This document shows positions 52,521 through 61,855 of a DNA stretch of 64,000 bases, in pieces (the stretch's first letter is position 1; each line of letters starts with the position of its first letter). The notes under the pieces are model-generated. The model did not search any database. It was not told the origin of the DNA and saw nothing but the letters and a program-made list of their open reading frames with translations. The stretch is from Candidatus Uhrbacteria bacterium. Lineage in GTDB: Bacteria; Patescibacteriota; Patescibacteriia; JACPHY01. The stretch lies in the NCBI GenBank assembly GCA_016188355.1, contig JACPHY010000015.1, positions 1,040 to 65,039 on the forward strand. Reading direction: 5' to 3'. Made by a program: the position numbers and the translations under genes.

Positions 52521-52738
52521 TAAACGAAAACCCCGCGCACCATGGCTTGGCCATAGGGGCACGGGGCTCCATACCGTAACGATCACATCTTGATCTTGCC
52601 GCGCGGCCGTCGGGGAGCATCACGCGCATTGCTGATTGTGCGGCCAATGCCGTAGCACGTAGCCACGAAAATAACCGCGAACGCGATGCCGGCAGAATTC
52701 GAAACAAAATGCCGAATGAGCTCGATCATGACCTCTCC

Positions 52739-53041
52739 TCAGCCCATGAGATCCAACACGTGACGACGATGGATGCGCCTGCCGTATGCTGCACGTGCCA
52801 ATTGGTACTCCACATTTCCATGAAGGCCCGCCAGATCAAGCGCCGCACGAATGTCGCTGCACGTGGGATCCGATTTCCCGCTCTGCTTGCGCGCGATCAT
52901 GCGCATGATCTCCACCACTTCCTGCAGCGCATGCGCCGCCCGATCTGCAGCGAAAGTACTTTCCGCAAGAATCTCCAGATCCGCTTCCGTGCATCCCCGC
53001 GCGAGCAGTGCCGCCGCAAGCTTCGTGCCAAGTTGATCCAT
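52739..53041 (-). CDS. small hypothetical protein
   Basis: AAGGAG RBS; promoter TTGACG-17-TATACA at 53100-53072. Confidence 0.65.
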   Translation of the reverse strand: MDQLGTKLAAALLARGCTEADLEILAESTFAADRAAHALQEVVEIMRMIARKQSGKSDPTCSDIRAALDLAGLHGNVEYQLARAAYGRRIHRRHVLDLMG

Positions 53042-53200
53042 CAGATACTCCTTCCGCGTTGGCGCGCTATTTGTATACCATAAACCACCGCTCGCGTCAA
53101 CGTTCCCCCCCAAAAAAAACAAAACATCGTCGGGCGACGAGTTTTGCTTGCAAACAAGATATTTGTTGATCCTCGCACCACCAATCCGTTCGCGGATCCA

Positions 53201-53546
53201 TCCGATCCCGAGCGCAGCCCCCACTTCGCGCCCCACGCCGTCAAACTCTACGGGGCAAGCAACGCTTCGCGGGGCAAGCGAGGACGCGTTCGGGGAAGAA
53301 GACAGGCCGACCCTTGTGTCGTCTCGAGGAGCGCTGGGCGACGAGAGATCTCACATGCCCCATGTATGGTGTGAGGTCCCTCGCGGACTCGGGATGGTGC
53401 CAAGCACCAGCTTCACGCCGACCCCGAATGCGCCCGCAGGCAAGCGACCGAATGCTTCTGCGTCGTCTGATTGGAGGAGGGAAACCGGCTTGCCCCGCGA
53501 AGCTCCGCTCAGGAGCGGAGTGGGGGAGGTTTGCCCATGATGTCTC
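53201..53546 (-). repeat. tRNA-linked structured repeat, copy 2 (expanded interior)
   Basis: Same 5' block and same 3' block (GCGCGAAGTGGGGCTGCGCTCGGG..ATCGGA) as 8527-8688. Confidence 0.85.
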
Positions 53547-53621
53547 TGCGCCCAGCAGGATTTGAACCTGCGGCCTTGTGCTCCGGAGGCACACGCTCTA
53601 TCCAGGCTGAGCTATGGGCGC
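53547..53621 (-). tRNA. tRNA-Arg(CCG), CCA not encoded
   Basis: GCGCCCATAGCTCAGCCTGGATAGAGCGTGTGCCTCCGGAGCACAAGGCCGCAGGTTCAAATCCTGCTGGGCGCA. Confidence 0.97.
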
Positions 53622-53745
53622 GAAAAGTGAGCGCCGTGCGCGCGAAGCGCGCAACGACTACGGCGCGGACTCGGCAGCCGAGCCATCCTGCTCGGATGAC
53701 GGGTCCGTGACGGAGTCGTGAACGGGCGATCGCCTGCACATGGTT

Positions 53746-53890
53746 TCGAGCGAGGAGCGCACACACCGAGTCTGCGAGGTGGGGGCGCGATCTGGCTCCA
53801 GTAACCCGCACATCACACCACCAGACACATGCGGGCGGCCATCCTCGAGCGAGGCACGCACACACCGAGTCTGCGAGTGGGGGGGGCGCG
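53746..53890. repeat. two ~45-bp direct repeats, 99-bp period
   Basis: TCGAGCGAGG(AG/CA)CGCACACACCGAGTCTGCGAG..GGGGG at 53746 and 53845. Confidence 0.8.
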
Positions 53891-53931
53891 CTACTCGGAG
53901 CGTAGCGAAACGCTCCGCGCGCGGCAACACC

Positions 53932-54726
53932 CTATTGCATACCCAAAAGGAACAAGACGAGTACACCAAGCGCGATGCGGTACCAGCCGAACGGTGCCAG
54001 CGACCGTGTCCGCACGTAGCGAAGGAATACCGCCAACACCCCCCACGCGACGACAAACGCCACCACAAACCCAAGAGACAGGAGACCGATCATGCGCACA
54101 TCGAACGGCACCGAGGTCTTCAGGAGCGCATACCCTGATGCAGCAGCAAGCGTCGGGACTGCGAGAAAAAACGAGTACTTCGCCGCAAGCTCCCGCGAGC
54201 ATCCGAGGAGCATCGCTCCGATGATCGTCGCTGCCGATCGCGAAACGCCGGGCATGAATGCGAGACACTGGATACTCCCAATGCCGATGACCGTCCGGAG
54301 CGGGAGCTCTTCGAGCACCTGCCAACGCGGTTTCCACGTTCGCCGCTCGATCGCGAGGAGCACGACCCCGCCGACCGCGAGCGCGATCGCGACCACGATC
54401 GGACGGAAGAACATCCGCTCCAGTGACTCCGCGAAAAGTGCGCCGACCGCGAGCGCCGGGAGCACCCCAACACCGATACGCCACCAACGCCGCGGAAGGA
54501 CGTGCGGAGATGCGGCCTCCCCCACGACGAGCTCGCGACGGAAGACGATGAGCACCGCCGCGATCGCGCCAAACTGAATCACGATATCAAAAAGCGCGGT
54601 GAGGCGCGCACCGGAAAACGCGAACCACTGATTCGCGAGGATGAGGTGTCCCGTGGAGGAAATCGGAAGGAACTCCGTCACTCCCTCCACAATACCCAAG
54701 ACGATCGCGGCGATGATATCGCTCAT
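53932..54726 (-). CDS. uppP: undecaprenyl-diphosphate phosphatase
   Basis: GIVEGVTEFLPISSTGHL, IQFGAI, PGVSRSAATI, YSFFLAVP. Confidence 0.96.
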   Translation of the reverse strand: MSDIIAAIVLGIVEGVTEFLPISSTGHLILANQWFAFSGARLTALFDIVIQFGAIAAVLIVFRRELVVGEAASPHVLPRRWWRIGVGVLPALAVGALFAESLERMFFRPIVVAIALAVGGVVLLAIERRTWKPRWQVLEELPLRTVIGIGSIQCLAFMPGVSRSAATIIGAMLLGCSRELAAKYSFFLAVPTLAAASGYALLKTSVPFDVRMIGLLSLGFVVAFVVAWGVLAVFLRYVRTRSLAPFGWYRIALGVLVLFLLGMQ

Positions 54727-54809
54727 AGAAATGCAGTGCGCGACGGCCCGTGAGCCGTCGCGCCATTGATTGCATGCTATCGCATCATCGCACCGCGCGC
54801 ACCCCCGCA

Positions 54810-55457
54810 TCACCCCTGCAGGTGATACACCTGATCGCGATAGAGGAGCTGGTGACGTTCGTTGGCTTCTTGCCAGGTACTCGGAAATCGAGGCGACTCC
54901 TGGAGTACCTCGCGCACGGCGCAACACATCTGGCGTGCGCAGGTGTCGAGCGGCACTCGACCGATTCCCGTCCCCATACCCGGGAACGCGATGCGCTGCA
55001 CCCGATGCGCGATCGGCGTTCCATCCGGAAATGTCCCGTATCGCACGAGGAGCAACGCTGCGCGCGTCGCGAGGTATGGATGCACGGTTTCCGGACCGAG
55101 GATCATGGGCACCCGCATGGTCGGTGCGGCAATGCAGTACGGGGTGCGCGGATGATCGGTCGGCACGATTGCGGCAGCACCCACGAGCAGCTCCCCGTAA
55201 TGCTGCGTACGAATGGATTCCTGGAGCCGCTCCTGGACCTGCGGCCCGAAGTGCGCGGTGTACGCGCGATCGATGCCGCCGTCCATGAATCCAAAACTGT
55301 TCGCCGGACTCACGACCGCGTCCCAATCACCCATGAGTATGGTCCCATGCACCACCTCAACAGATGCCGGAAGTGCCGCGCACTGTTGTCGCCATGCCGC
55401 ACAGAGCGGTCCCTGAAAATCAACGAACGCAACCGTGCAAGGTACGGACGTGCTCAT
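54810..55457 (-). CDS. macro domain (ADP-ribose processing) protein
   Basis: DAVVSPANSFGFMDGGID, AAPTMRVP, FPGMGTGIG. Confidence 0.93.
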   Translation of the reverse strand: MSTSVPCTVAFVDFQGPLCAAWRQQCAALPASVEVVHGTILMGDWDAVVSPANSFGFMDGGIDRAYTAHFGPQVQERLQESIRTQHYGELLVGAAAIVPTDHPRTPYCIAAPTMRVPMILGPETVHPYLATRAALLLVRYGTFPDGTPIAHRVQRIAFPGMGTGIGRVPLDTCARQMCCAVREVLQESPRFPSTWQEANERHQLLYRDQVYHLQG

Positions 55458-55503
55458 GTGTCATCAACCTCCTGTCCTGTCATACCGCATACGAGCGCAT
55501 CCA

Positions 55504-56475
55504 TCAAGGGCGCAGGCGCGCCAGGAGTGCGAACCCTTGATACCAAAACGGACGCAGGACGAGATCCAATGTGGGGGGATGATGCATCGCCTCGCCTCCG
55601 AATCGTTTTTTAAATTCCGTAATCCCCGCCCAGGACGCAAAATCATGGGATGCAGCATCCGACTCTGGCGCGATGCCACCAAAATCGTACCAGCGCATCC
55701 CCACGGCCTTCGCGTCGCGCATTGCGGTCCAGTGGAGCAGCTGCGGCGCCACCAGTGCGCGGTGTGCGTATGCGGATCCCCCGTGGAGATACGTGGCCGT
55801 TTCCCCACAATACGCAACCAGGATAGCCGCAATGGGCACACCCGCATGCTCCGCGATGTACAATCGCACATCCGTATCATGCGCATCGGATGCCCTGGGA
55901 CGCTGGAGCGCACGGATCATGGCATCGTAGTACGGACGCGGATGCGTGTGAATCTGTTGCCGCTGCGCCGTATCTTGCAGGAGTGACCAGAAGACATCCA
56001 TGTCGGCCGGTGTCCCGTGCGCCGTTCGCACGGCGACTCCTTTGCGTTGCGCGAGGCGCACATTGTATCGACACTTCTCATGCATGGCAGCGAGGAGCGT
56101 ATCTTCGCTGGGTAGCAAATCCACCCGCCACGTCCACTCCGGTTCGCGCAAGCGCCGCAGGATGCGCGGCGCCGTCAGCGCCGTACCCGTAGGTGCCACC
56201 GTAAAGGGCCACTCCAATCGCCACGAAACCGCCTGCACCCGTTCCGCTTGCGCGCGCACCTGCTCGACGAGCGCGAGGAACTGATCGACCCGCGCGACGT
56301 GCGAATTGATCTCCGCGAAAGTACGCGGAGAAGACACGTAGCACCTCCGCAGTGGCAGGGGCGCTTGAATGAGCAGGATACCATCGACACGAACGGTCGT
56401 TCGTCCCACTGCATGTTGAAATTGTTCCCATCCGCTGGATTGGAGAAGTTTGTGATGTGCAGCATTGCTCGTCAT
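55504..56475 (-). CDS. FemABX family peptidoglycan bridge aminoacyltransferase
   Basis: LLQSSGW, KCRYNVRLAQRKGV, YLHGGS, YDFGGI, GITEFKKRFGG. Confidence 0.93.
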   Translation of the reverse strand: MTSNAAHHKLLQSSGWEQFQHAVGRTTVRVDGILLIQAPLPLRRCYVSSPRTFAEINSHVARVDQFLALVEQVRAQAERVQAVSWRLEWPFTVAPTGTALTAPRILRRLREPEWTWRVDLLPSEDTLLAAMHEKCRYNVRLAQRKGVAVRTAHGTPADMDVFWSLLQDTAQRQQIHTHPRPYYDAMIRALQRPRASDAHDTDVRLYIAEHAGVPIAAILVAYCGETATYLHGGSAYAHRALVAPQLLHWTAMRDAKAVGMRWYDFGGIAPESDAASHDFASWAGITEFKKRFGGEAMHHPPTLDLVLRPFWYQGFALLARLRP

Positions 56476-56599
56476 ATCGCCACAGGAAACACGTATCGGT
56501 ACGGTCCCTTCCATCCTGCCGCACAAACGGAGAACGAGCGAACAATGAAAGCGGCCGGACTCATTGGTCCGGCCGCCCATATCGCCAGCAGCACCCGAA

Positions 56600-57934
56600 T
56601 CAGGAACTACAGGACCGCCGAACAGCAGATTTCTCCGTAAGCTTTGTGCGCGCCTGCGCATCGAACGGTATGATCCCGCTCCGACTGATGTACAAGAGCG
56701 CACTCTGTGATGGTCCACCCGCGAGCAGGAGCGTTGCGGCGCGCGACCACTGCTCCAAATGCACCGACGGCCACTGCAATACGTCGAGGAGATTTTGCTC
56801 CAGGGTACCGAAATCTGAGAACTGCGCAGGATGATCGAGTACCCAAGCGATTGCACGTTGCGCGTATCCCACCAATGCCTCTCGATATACTACCGGGGCG
56901 CGGTCCGCAAGGTGGAGAAAATGGTAGATCGGCCGTATGAGCTGCTCCATGGTCTGCCATCGTAACTCGAGCATACTCCACGCACGTCGACGCAGGTCCT
57001 CATCTCCATGCATACTCACGAGCGCATATTCCAGGATCTCCAAACTCGGTTGGCCATCGAGGACCCTCGAAACCCACGCGCAGTGCCGATGATGCTCTTC
57101 CGTGTGCCCCACCACCGATTCTCGCTGTTCCTGTGAGCCGTATGTCATGAGCATATCGATGGCGCGATCTCGATACTCGTCGAAACCGGGATCCATGAGT
57201 TGCGGGACCCCACACACGAAGTCCTGCAGCTTATGCAGCACATTGAGCGTCGGACCATCTGCAATGAGCTTCCGCCACGCCTGCTCACGGAGCTGCGGAT
57301 CGCGACAGTACCGGATCACGAGCACCGCACTCTGCGGATGTTCCACCACGACCCGCAAGGCCGCCTGCCCTTGCTGTGGTTCGGGGCCGCTACGCAACAC
57401 CACCAACCAATCATCCAAGCTCTTCCCGTGCAGCAGCACCTCCGAAATCGCGCGGCGATACCGAAGGGGCAGTCCGCGACGCTCCAGGAGATTCCGCATG
57501 ATGTCGAGCGTCCCGGATTTCTCTCGCGGCAGCTCGAGCAAGCGCTCCCACGCGCCCCACCGATACGGCTCGGGCGCATAGATCAGCATGCACCGAAGCA
57601 GACGCGGGTCGCGTTCGTTTTCCTGAATCAGCTTCCGCGCGAGACGCACCCGATTCACGCGAGGCGCGTGTATGAAGATCGTTTCATACCCACAACCCGC
57701 AGTGATCATCCGGTCCGCCGCCTTGCGCCGGTACTCGGCCGTCGCAGAGTACAGAATACCCCGGAAGTGCTCTGGGGTATCCGCCTTGAGGAGCTTTCGC
57801 CACGCCCGTGCCTTATACGGCTCTGGCGCTCGATAGAGGATGCGGCGCAGGGTGGTGAGCGGTACCTGCTTGCGCGCAAGCAGCCGTTCTGCCGTTGCCG
57901 CATCCATGGGACGCGCACGTTGTCCGAATGCCAT
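56600..57934 (-). CDS. alpha-solenoid repeat protein of unknown function
   Basis: AAAGGAG RBS; repeated L..(I/V)L..APEPY...AW..LL; hairpin 56551-56576. Confidence 0.8.
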   Translation of the reverse strand: MAFGQRARPMDAATAERLLARKQVPLTTLRRILYRAPEPYKARAWRKLLKADTPEHFRGILYSATAEYRRKAADRMITAGCGYETIFIHAPRVNRVRLARKLIQENERDPRLLRCMLIYAPEPYRWGAWERLLELPREKSGTLDIMRNLLERRGLPLRYRRAISEVLLHGKSLDDWLVVLRSGPEPQQGQAALRVVVEHPQSAVLVIRYCRDPQLREQAWRKLIADGPTLNVLHKLQDFVCGVPQLMDPGFDEYRDRAIDMLMTYGSQEQRESVVGHTEEHHRHCAWVSRVLDGQPSLEILEYALVSMHGDEDLRRRAWSMLELRWQTMEQLIRPIYHFLHLADRAPVVYREALVGYAQRAIAWVLDHPAQFSDFGTLEQNLLDVLQWPSVHLEQWSRAATLLLAGGPSQSALLYISRSGIIPFDAQARTKLTEKSAVRRSCSS

Positions 57935-58043
57935 CGTTCACTCCTTTCCGTGTTGTAAATGCCGCTGCTCCTGCTATAGCACAAGGCACCGATACTGTCC
58001 AACGCGGCTTCCCGTGCGCCACGTACTCCTCGCGCTCAGTCCG

Positions 58044-58634
58044 TCACGATGGTCGCGCCAATGCACGCAACGCGACCTTCAATTTTGCTTCGGTCGTCGT
58101 CGCCTCTTCGGGCATCTTGCGAATGACCTCACGAATTTCCTGTACCTTGTATCCGAGCTGCGCCAATGCCGCGAGCAGATCCTCATGGTCATCCGCGGGC
58201 GCACCATCGTCGGTTACGGGAGCCAGCGCAATACGCTCCTGCATTTTCCCCTTGAGATCCAGGACGACGCGCTCTGCGGTTTTTCGACCAATGCCGACCA
58301 CTTTCGAGAGATACGCTACATCCTCTCGTGCAATCGCCCTCCGAATCTCCCCTGGCGATCCGAGCGCGAGCATGCCAATCGCACTTTTCGGACCCACCCC
58401 GGACACGCCGATAAGATCGTGGAACAACCCGAGCGCGTCATCGCTCGCCACGCCGAACAACTCCCGACGATCATCCCGAATGACCTCATGCGTATAGAAT
58501 TCCACGGATTCCCCCACACGCAACCGTTCCCGTAGCGTCGACGGCAGATGCACGCGATATCCAAGATTCGCCACCTCCACGATGACGGAATCCGAAAACG
58601 TCGCTCGAATGGTACCGCGGAGAAAGGCGAGCAT
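58044..58634 (-). CDS. ruvA: Holliday junction branch migration protein RuvA
   Basis: MLAFLRG, LGYRV, LIGVSGVGPKSA, GIGRKTAERVVLDLK, ALAQLGY. Confidence 0.97.
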   Translation of the reverse strand: MLAFLRGTIRATFSDSVIVEVANLGYRVHLPSTLRERLRVGESVEFYTHEVIRDDRRELFGVASDDALGLFHDLIGVSGVGPKSAIGMLALGSPGEIRRAIAREDVAYLSKVVGIGRKTAERVVLDLKGKMQERIALAPVTDDGAPADDHEDLLAALAQLGYKVQEIREVIRKMPEEATTTEAKLKVALRALARPS

Positions 58635-58734
58635 AGGGAGAGATCGTTTCTTTAGGATACCGTGTCACCGAGGCCACGAAAAGCAACGCAAACAATACAC
58701 ATGCTACAGTGACCTACCAACCACCCGCATCACT

Positions 58735-59931
58735 ATGCCCACCGAACACACCGAACCACACATGCACGAGATTTCTCCTGAGCAACGTGATCGCTGGGCA
58801 CGACGGGGCCGAGAAACCCTGGAAACCCTCCCCTTCCCCGAGACGCTCCTCCCCATCATCCGTGCAACACTCGACACTCCGCAGTGGGGCCCGTACCACA
58901 ATGAAGGACTGCGCATGGACGCGCATTTTGGTGCGATCCTCGAAGCGGTCGAGCAAATCGCCGATGGGACATTTGATTTCGATGCCCTCGGCCTTCCCCC
59001 TGACCGACGCGACGCGGCGAAGGAGCTCATCACGAAAATCGTGCGCGATCACCGAACTGCAATCGCGATCTACGTCTATCTCCACGATCTCAAGAAACCG
59101 GACTGCATGAATGTGGAACTGGAAGACGGATCCGCACGCATCTTCACGATGGAAGAATGGCGCGCACTCGTGGCGGAAGCGCACGGAGATGACGTGCAGA
59201 TCCGCGCAGCGCTCCGCGAACGCGGGATTGCCAAAATCGGATATCGCCACGACGCGGAGCTCACGGGTGGAATCGAGCGCGATCATGGACCGGAAGGCGT
59301 GCAGTATCTCGAAGCATTGGGACGCGAACGTACGGATGTTGCGGATTTTCTTCGCGAGCATACGCTCATCCTCGCAGGCATCGCGAATCACGAGATGCAC
59401 TTCCAGGCCTTCCCCCATTCCGCTGCTGCGAAATTGTACCAGGAAAAAATTGCGTCACGATTTTCCGAGGAGGAAGCAGGTTTCATCCTCACGGTCTGCT
59501 TTCTCGACATGGCAGGCTCGAAATCTCCGGACGGCAGCTCAGAGTATGCGGGACTTCGGAACATGCTCGAGTCGCGCGACGCGTACCGAATCATTGAGCG
59601 CTATCGCGAACAACGGGAAGCGGCGCGTCGTCCACTTCAGAAAAATGCCTACGGACAACTGCTCAATATCGATGACATCGATGCGGTGCGTCAAAAAATA
59701 GCGCGCCTCGAACAACCGCCAAAACCGACCGCCCTCACACCCGCACAACTCGCTCTGGTCGAACAGAAACTCCCCGACTGGCTGCAGGATCTCGATATTC
59801 CCGAAACAGAACACGAAGCGATTCGCGCCGCGCTGCGATCAGAGCACTACGCGCGCGAACTCAATGCATGCGAACAGCCGCGGCTCATTCCGGTCATCAA
59901 GCAGCTACTCAAAAAGCAACCACCATCTTGA
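58735..59931 (+). CDS. HD-domain protein
   Basis: YHNEG..DAH, LHDLKKP, DHG, IANHEMH, FLDMAG. Confidence 0.75.
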   Translation: MPTEHTEPHMHEISPEQRDRWARRGRETLETLPFPETLLPIIRATLDTPQWGPYHNEGLRMDAHFGAILEAVEQIADGTFDFDALGLPPDRRDAAKELITKIVRDHRTAIAIYVYLHDLKKPDCMNVELEDGSARIFTMEEWRALVAEAHGDDVQIRAALRERGIAKIGYRHDAELTGGIERDHGPEGVQYLEALGRERTDVADFLREHTLILAGIANHEMHFQAFPHSAAAKLYQEKIASRFSEEEAGFILTVCFLDMAGSKSPDGSSEYAGLRNMLESRDAYRIIERYREQREAARRPLQKNAYGQLLNIDDIDAVRQKIARLEQPPKPTALTPAQLALVEQKLPDWLQDLDIPETEHEAIRAALRSEHYARELNACEQPRLIPVIKQLLKKQPPS

Positions 59932-60042
59932 CCGTATCTCCACACCGCGCGACTGACATTCGGCATCATGTTTCCGAGGTGATGGATCATCGCCAAGAAC
60001 GCCGCCCCTCGCTGGGCGGCGTTCTTTCGTGGATGTATTTGA

Positions 60043-61593
60043 TTACCGTCGCGCAGCCCATCCTCGTGCGAGGTCCACGAGCAGATGCACGCCCACGCCA
60101 GTTGCGCCCTTCGCAATCCATGGCGACCGATCAGTCCACGCAGTACCGGCAATGTCGAGGTGCGCCCACGGCCGTCCCTCCGCACATGCCTCAAGGAATG
60201 CTGCTGCAGTGGATGCGCCTCCCTCGCGTCCACGCTTCCCCAAATTTTGGAGATCCGCAATGTCGCTCTTCACTTCGCGCCGGAACGGATCCGTCACCGG
60301 CATGCGCCACACGCGATCCCCAGAAGACGCCGACGCGAGCTCCACGCGACGCTCGAGTTTCTCATCATTCGCAAAGAGACCGGTATAGTGCGAACCCAGC
60401 GCCACCACAATGGCACCCGTGAGCGTGGCTACGTCCACAATCGCTTTCGGCTCGTAGCGGAGGCTGTACCCAATACCGTCCGCGAGTACGAGGCGTCCTT
60501 CCGCATCCGTGTTCAATACTTCAAGCGTCTTCCCGCGACAGGTCCGCAGAATATCTCCTGGCTTGTACGCACTCCCCGAAGGGAGATTGTCACACGCAGG
60601 CACGATGCCCACCACATTCACGGGAAACCCAAGCTGGCCAATGGCGCGCATCGCCCCAAGCACCGAACCGCCGCCGCTCATATCAAACTTCATCTCGTCC
60701 ATCTTATCCCCTGGTTTGATCGAAATCCCACCCGAATCAAAGGTGATCCCCTTTCCCACAAACGCGTACCAATCTCCTGCCGGCGCCCCATCCTTTTTCG
60801 TTCGTGCGAGCCGCCGAGGATTCCCGCGCCATTCGAGCACGATGCATTTCGGCGGGGCAGTGGCACCGCGACTCACTCCGAGGATCGCACCCATCCCGAG
60901 CTGCTCCATGTCGGAACGATCGAGCACGGTGCAGTGGAACCGTTTATCCATCGCTGCAATTGCGGTAGCGCATTCCGCAAGATGTGTCGGCGTTGCATCC
61001 GAGGACGGGAGATTCCCGAGATCCCGAACCACATGCATCGACTCGGCGAGTATGGCGCCCTCCGCGATACCCTCCTCGTACTTCCGTTGCTCCACTGCGG
61101 TCACCGGTCCCACCACAATTTCCTCCGGCATGGGTAACTTTGCATCAGGAGCCGATTGGTACCGATGGAACTGATACGTCGATACCAATGCCGCCTTCGC
61201 AATCATGCGCCCCACATCCTCCGGACGAAACGCCCGCCGCAACTCCTGTGGCAACGCAAGCGCCCATCGCGCGCACTTCGCGGATTGCAGTGTGCGCGCT
61301 GCGGCACCCACAATATGTTGCAGCTCGAGCAGGGTACGATCTTTCCGATTCCCCGCACCGACCAAGAGGAGCCGCGGCGCGGGCAGTTTCCCGTTCGTGA
61401 GCAGCGTAAATGTGGTGTGCTCCTGCCCAGAGAAATCCTTGAGCGCCAATGCGGCCGTGAGCAACCCATCGAGCAGTCGATCGAGCGCACGAAATTCCGA
61501 CGGGAGCTTTGCCGCCGCAGGTTCCGTGAGCACCAGCACCACCGCATCGACCGCAGCCGAAACGGGGTAATCGCGAGTCATGGTGATACGCAT
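60043..61593 (-). CDS. pepA: leucyl aminopeptidase (M17)
   Basis: VGKGITFDSGG, MKFDMSG, NTDAEGRLVLAD, DVATLTGA, WAHLDIAG. Confidence 0.97.
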   Translation of the reverse strand: MRITMTRDYPVSAAVDAVVLVLTEPAAAKLPSEFRALDRLLDGLLTAALALKDFSGQEHTTFTLLTNGKLPAPRLLLVGAGNRKDRTLLELQHIVGAAARTLQSAKCARWALALPQELRRAFRPEDVGRMIAKAALVSTYQFHRYQSAPDAKLPMPEEIVVGPVTAVEQRKYEEGIAEGAILAESMHVVRDLGNLPSSDATPTHLAECATAIAAMDKRFHCTVLDRSDMEQLGMGAILGVSRGATAPPKCIVLEWRGNPRRLARTKKDGAPAGDWYAFVGKGITFDSGGISIKPGDKMDEMKFDMSGGGSVLGAMRAIGQLGFPVNVVGIVPACDNLPSGSAYKPGDILRTCRGKTLEVLNTDAEGRLVLADGIGYSLRYEPKAIVDVATLTGAIVVALGSHYTGLFANDEKLERRVELASASSGDRVWRMPVTDPFRREVKSDIADLQNLGKRGREGGASTAAAFLEACAEGRPWAHLDIAGTAWTDRSPWIAKGATGVGVHLLVDLARGWAARR

Positions 61594-61637
61594 ACGGGTA
61601 CGTGCAGCGTATCACCTCTGCTGCCGCAACGAAACGC

Positions 61638-61833
61638 GTACACCCAGTCACATTGGCGACTGGGTGTACCGTGCCGCTCGCGGACTTCATCCGAATCCGA
61701 GCGCAGCGACCGAAGTATGTGGGGAGGAAGGGCTTTGCCCGACCCCACATACGGAGGGAGCAAGCGACCGAATGGCTGCTTCGACCGAAAAGAGGGAGTG
61801 GGCCCACGGGCGAACCGGGAGGTTCGTCCCGTG
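61638..61833. repeat. cluster of hairpins with pieces of the tRNA-linked repeat family
   Basis: Hairpins at 61638-61669, 61715-61752, 61805-61833; CCGAGCGCAGC and GCAAGCGACCGAATG shared with 53201-53460. Confidence 0.6.
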
Positions 61834-61855
61834 ATTTCTGGCGCGTACTCCTTTC

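Noticed and set aside
48600..53546. Integrated element at tRNA-Arg
   Set aside because: Orphan-rich, but I saw no integrase and no duplicated tRNA 3' end (att site)
53746..53890. Possible mini CRISPR array
   Set aside because: Only two imperfect repeats and no cas genes in the window
54727..55326. Apparent N-terminal fusion on uppP
   Set aside because: Out-of-frame overlap with the macro-domain gene; UppP homology begins at ATG 54726
56476..56856. N-terminal extension of FemABX ORF
   Set aside because: Overlaps the upstream gene and its terminator hairpin
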